Source: Alphaproteobacteria bacterium
GTDB taxonomy: Bacteria; Pseudomonadota; Alphaproteobacteria; MPNO01; UBA830
Reading direction: 5' to 3'
NCBI GenBank assembly: GCA_964291215.2
Contig: OZ219791.1
Span: 2,048,001 to 2,112,000 of the forward strand
Length of the DNA: 64,000 nt
This document shows positions 60,818-64,000 of the stretch, in pieces. Under the pieces are notes generated by a model. That model saw only the letters and a list, made by a program, of their open reading frames with translations, made no database searches and was not told the DNA's origin. Each line of letters begins with the position of its first letter. Positions within the stretch are counted from its first letter, which is position 1. Position numbers and translations under genes: made by a program.

Positions 60818-61636
60818 ATGATTACCGAGTCGAACGACGTGATCCTCGACCACGATTTCAAGGCCGTGAAAGTCGGGATCGCCGGGCAGATATTGACGAT
60901 GACCCTCAACCGGCCCGAGCGGCTGAACACCTTCAATGAGGACATGAAGGAGGATTTCCGCTGGCTCGAGCGCCGCATCGAGGCAAATGACGACATTCGG
61001 GTCATGATCATCAATGCCGAGGGGGAAAAGGCGTTCGGCGCTGGCGCCGATGTCTCCTGGTTCGAGCAGGATTTCCTTACCGAGCGGTTTCGCATCGAAT
61101 ATCGGTGGATTCACGACTTCTTCGACCGCCTTGAGCGCATCGAGATACCGGTCATCGCCGCGATTCAGGGCATCTGCGCCTGCGGCGGGCTGGAACTTGC
61201 GATGTCGTGTGACTTCCGGGTCGCGACCTCCGACGCTCGTTTCGGGTTCACCGAGGGCAATATCAATCTCATACCCGGCTCGGGCGGCTGCTCGCGGCTT
61301 GTCGGAATGATCGGGCCGGGCTGGGCCAAGGAACTGGTCCTAGCCGGCGAGTTCATCGATGCGGAGAGGGCGCAGCAGATCGGTCTCGTGACACGTATCG
61401 TTTCGCGTGAGGAACTGCAGTCCGAAGCGCGGGCGCTCGCCGAGAATCTGGTGGCCAAGGCGCCTGGTGCGCTTGGTCTCGCCAAGGCGATTCTCAACAC
61501 CTGCCAGAATATCGACAGCGCCTCGGGGCGGGTTCTCGAGCGCATCGGCCAGTCAGTGCTGATCAGGTCCGACGACCACAAGGAGGGCGTGCGAGCATTC
61601 CGCGAGAAACGTCGGCCAAACTACAGTGGCCGCTGA
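60818..61636 (+). CDS. enoyl-CoA hydratase/isomerase family protein
   Basis: LNRPERLN, AFGAGAD, GGLELAMSCDFR, PGSGG, EGVRAFREKR. Confidence 0.92.
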   Translation: MITESNDVILDHDFKAVKVGIAGQILTMTLNRPERLNTFNEDMKEDFRWLERRIEANDDIRVMIINAEGEKAFGAGADVSWFEQDFLTERFRIEYRWIHDFFDRLERIEIPVIAAIQGICACGGLELAMSCDFRVATSDARFGFTEGNINLIPGSGGCSRLVGMIGPGWAKELVLAGEFIDAERAQQIGLVTRIVSREELQSEARALAENLVAKAPGALGLAKAILNTCQNIDSASGRVLERIGQSVLIRSDDHKEGVRAFREKRRPNYSGR

Positions 61637-61691
61637 TCTGGACGAAACGCCGTATTTCGCTACATTTGCGGATGAAGCGGGATGCGGCGAC

Positions 61692-61877
61692 ATGTTCCAT
61701 CATCTTCTGCCCGGCATGTTTGTGCGCCATTCCGGCCGTCCGGACTGGGGCCTTGGCCAGATCCAGTCGGTCGACGGCTTCCGGATCACGGTGAACTTCA
61801 CCAACGCCGGAAAACAGTTGATCAACGGCGAGATCATTGAACTCGAGACTGCGGACGCCGCGGACGAAGATGACTGA
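61692..61877 (+). CDS. DUF3553 family protein
   Basis: PGMFVRH...PDWGLGQIQS...TVNFTNAGK. Confidence 0.85.
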   Translation: MFHHLLPGMFVRHSGRPDWGLGQIQSVDGFRITVNFTNAGKQLINGEIIELETADAADEDD

Positions 61878-63588
61878 CCGGAGCGGATCCGGCCGCATGC
61901 CATCGGATTCCGCTGGCAGCAGGAGCAGGAAGGGTGGACGCCTTCCGAAGGGGCGCCGGACCGATTCAGCGGCGCTTGAAGGCGTCCGGAAGCTGCTCGG
62001 TAGCATGCCGCGCAGCCGCGACATGCTGATCGAGGCGATGCATCTCGTGCAGGACGCGCTCCGCTGCCTGCCGCCCGATCATCTGGCCGCGCTTGCACAG
62101 GAGTTTCAGCTCTCGCTGGCCGAAGTCTACGAGACCGCGACCTTCTATCACCACTTCGATGTTCTTGCCGACGGCGAGGAGTTACCTCCCGAGATCACGG
62201 TGCGGGTCTGCAGTTCGATCGCCTGCGAACTCGCGGGTTCGGCGCAGCTCCTTGCTGGGCTGCGAGATCGCTTCGGCACCGCTGTCCGCATCCTGCCTGC
62301 GCCCTGTATGGGGGCCTGCGACCACGCGCCTGTGGTGGCAGTCGGACGCAACCAGGTGGCCAATGCCGATGTCGCGGGCGTCGGCGAAGCCGTCCGGGCC
62401 GGTGCCACGGCCCCGGTCCTTCCCGAGAGCAGGGGGTACGCCGCCTACGCCGCCGAAGGGGGCTACCGCCTCGCCAGAGACTGCTTTGGCGGACGCCGCA
62501 CCCGCGAAGACGTGATGGATGCGCTTGCCGGGTCGGGCCTGCGCGGCCTCGGAGGTGCAGGGTTCCCGACCGGCCGCAAGTGGCAGATCGTTGCCGGCTT
62601 TCCCGGACCGAGGATGATGGCCGTCAACGCGGACGAGGGAGAGCCGGGAACCTTCAAGGACCGGCATTTCATGGAGACCGATCCGCACCGCTTTCTCGAG
62701 GGCGTCCTCGTCGGCATGTGGGCTGTCGAGGCCGAGGCCTGCTACATCTACCTGCGCGACGAATATCCGGCAGTGCGCGAGATCCTGCTTCACGCGATGG
62801 CGGAGCTGGAGCGCGCGGGGCTGTGCGCACCGCATGCGCTTCATCTCCGCCGGGGCGCCGGCGCCTATATCTGCGGCGAGGAATCGGCGATGCTCGAGAG
62901 CATCGAGGGCAAGCGCGGCCTGCCGCGGCACAGACCGCCCTTTGCGGCCGAGGTCGGCCTCTTCGGCCGTCCGACCCTCGTGAACAATGTCGAGACCCTG
63001 TTCTGGGTACGGGACATACTGGAAAAGGGGACGGGATGGTTCGCCGGCCACGGCCGCCACGGCCGCAGCGGGATCAGGACGTTTTCGGTGTCGGGACGAG
63101 TGCGCGAGCCTGGCGTGAAGATCGCCGAGGCCGGGATTACCGCCGCCGAACTGATTGAGGAACATTGCGGCGGCATGGCTGATGGGCACCGCTTCAAAGG
63201 CTATCTGCCGGGCGGCGCATCGGGCGGCATCATGCCGGCTGCCAAGGCTGATGTTCCGCTTGATTTCGGAACGCTTGAGGAACATGGTTGCCTGATCGGA
63301 TCCGCGGCCGTTGTAGTGCTGTCGGACCAGGACAGCGCGGCAGACGCCGCTCTCAACCTGATGCGTTTCTTTGCAGACGAATCCTGCGGACAGTGCACGC
63401 CGTGCCGTGCGGGGTGCGAAAAGGCGGTTGACCTGATGGAAAGCGCCGACTGGGACCGGCCGCTCCTCGAAGAACTTGGCCGGGTGATGACGGATGCCTC
63501 GATCTGCGGTCTCGGGCAGGCGGCGCCCAACGGCATGCTGTCGGTCTTCCGGGACTTTCCCGAGGACGTGCCGCGGGTGTCGGAATGA
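61870..63588 (+). CDS. NAD-dependent formate dehydrogenase diaphorase subunit (NuoE-NuoF-like fusion)
   Basis: ATFYHHF, GLRGLGGAGFPTG, NADEGEPG, GAYICGEE, ESCGQCTPCRAG. Confidence 0.9.
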   Translation: MTDRSGSGRMPSDSAGSRSRKGGRLPKGRRTDSAALEGVRKLLGSMPRSRDMLIEAMHLVQDALRCLPPDHLAALAQEFQLSLAEVYETATFYHHFDVLADGEELPPEITVRVCSSIACELAGSAQLLAGLRDRFGTAVRILPAPCMGACDHAPVVAVGRNQVANADVAGVGEAVRAGATAPVLPESRGYAAYAAEGGYRLARDCFGGRRTREDVMDALAGSGLRGLGGAGFPTGRKWQIVAGFPGPRMMAVNADEGEPGTFKDRHFMETDPHRFLEGVLVGMWAVEAEACYIYLRDEYPAVREILLHAMAELERAGLCAPHALHLRRGAGAYICGEESAMLESIEGKRGLPRHRPPFAAEVGLFGRPTLVNNVETLFWVRDILEKGTGWFAGHGRHGRSGIRTFSVSGRVREPGVKIAEAGITAAELIEEHCGGMADGHRFKGYLPGGASGGIMPAAKADVPLDFGTLEEHGCLIGSAAVVVLSDQDSAADAALNLMRFFADESCGQCTPCRAGCEKAVDLMESADWDRPLLEELGRVMTDASICGLGQAAPNGMLSVFRDFPEDVPRVSE

Positions 63589-64000
63589 CGGCGCAGATGA
63601 CCCGGGAACCGGACTCCGCCGCCGGCGCGAACACGGTCGCGTTCACGCTGGACGGGTGTCAGGTTCTCGCCGGACCCGACGAGACCATCTGGGAGGCGGC
63701 ACGGCGTAGCGGGGTCGAGATACCGCATCTCTGCCACGCGCCGGAGCCCGGCTACCGGCCGGACGGCAACTGCCGCGCCTGCATGGTTGAGATCGAGGGC
63801 GAGCGCGTCCTTGCTGCGTCCTGCATCCGCCGCCCGGCGGAAGACATGGTCGTCAGCACCGAGAGTGCGCGCGCGTCGTTCTCTCGTCGGATGGTATTCG
63901 AACTTCTCGTCGCTGATCAACCGCCGCGTGAGCGCGCGCATGACGCCGGATCGAGATTCTGGGACTGGGCAGACAGGATCGGCGTACGAGACAGTCGGTT
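63585..64000 (+). CDS. fdhF: formate dehydrogenase alpha subunit, N-terminal part (runs off the window)
   Basis: FTLDG...ETIWEAA...IPHLCH...GNCRACMVEIEGERVLAASC. Confidence 0.85.
   Translation, partial: MTAQMTREPDSAAGANTVAFTLDGCQVLAGPDETIWEAARRSGVEIPHLCHAPEPGYRPDGNCRACMVEIEGERVLAASCIRRPAEDMVVSTESARASFSRRMVFELLVADQPPRERAHDAGSRFWDWADRIGVRDSR

Overview
GC-rich window that looks alphaproteobacterial. Intact metabolic and defence loci are embedded in a dense field of decayed, nested mobile elements. Intact loci: xdhA-xdhB-guaD; a TbpB-like surface lipoprotein beside a truncated Slam gene; a compact type II-C CRISPR-Cas9 locus (tracrRNA, cas9, cas1, cas2, 16 spacers) resembling that of Parvibaculum lavamentivorans; a TRAP/TTT/amidohydrolase cluster; ribA; a Fur-boxed imelysin/di-heme/porin iron module; two tandem QueG/reductive-dehalogenase-like Fe-S genes with a CoA ligase, near a PaaA-like di-iron gene and a crotonase; and the start of an NAD-dependent formate dehydrogenase. 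Most notable signals: (1) two copies of an IS110 element whose left end carries a readable bridge RNA, with guide loops matching its actual insertion site (in an IS1634 transposase) and its own circle junction around a CT core; (2) an ORF-less group II intron inserted at the DV/DVI junction of another ORF-less group II intron; (3) the QueG/RdhA-like pair with CoA ligase and orphan epoxidase subunit, a candidate undescribed cobalamin-dependent aromatic or halo-aromatic pathway. All calls rest on motif recognition by eye and recalled family consensus sequences; no searches or folding were run.
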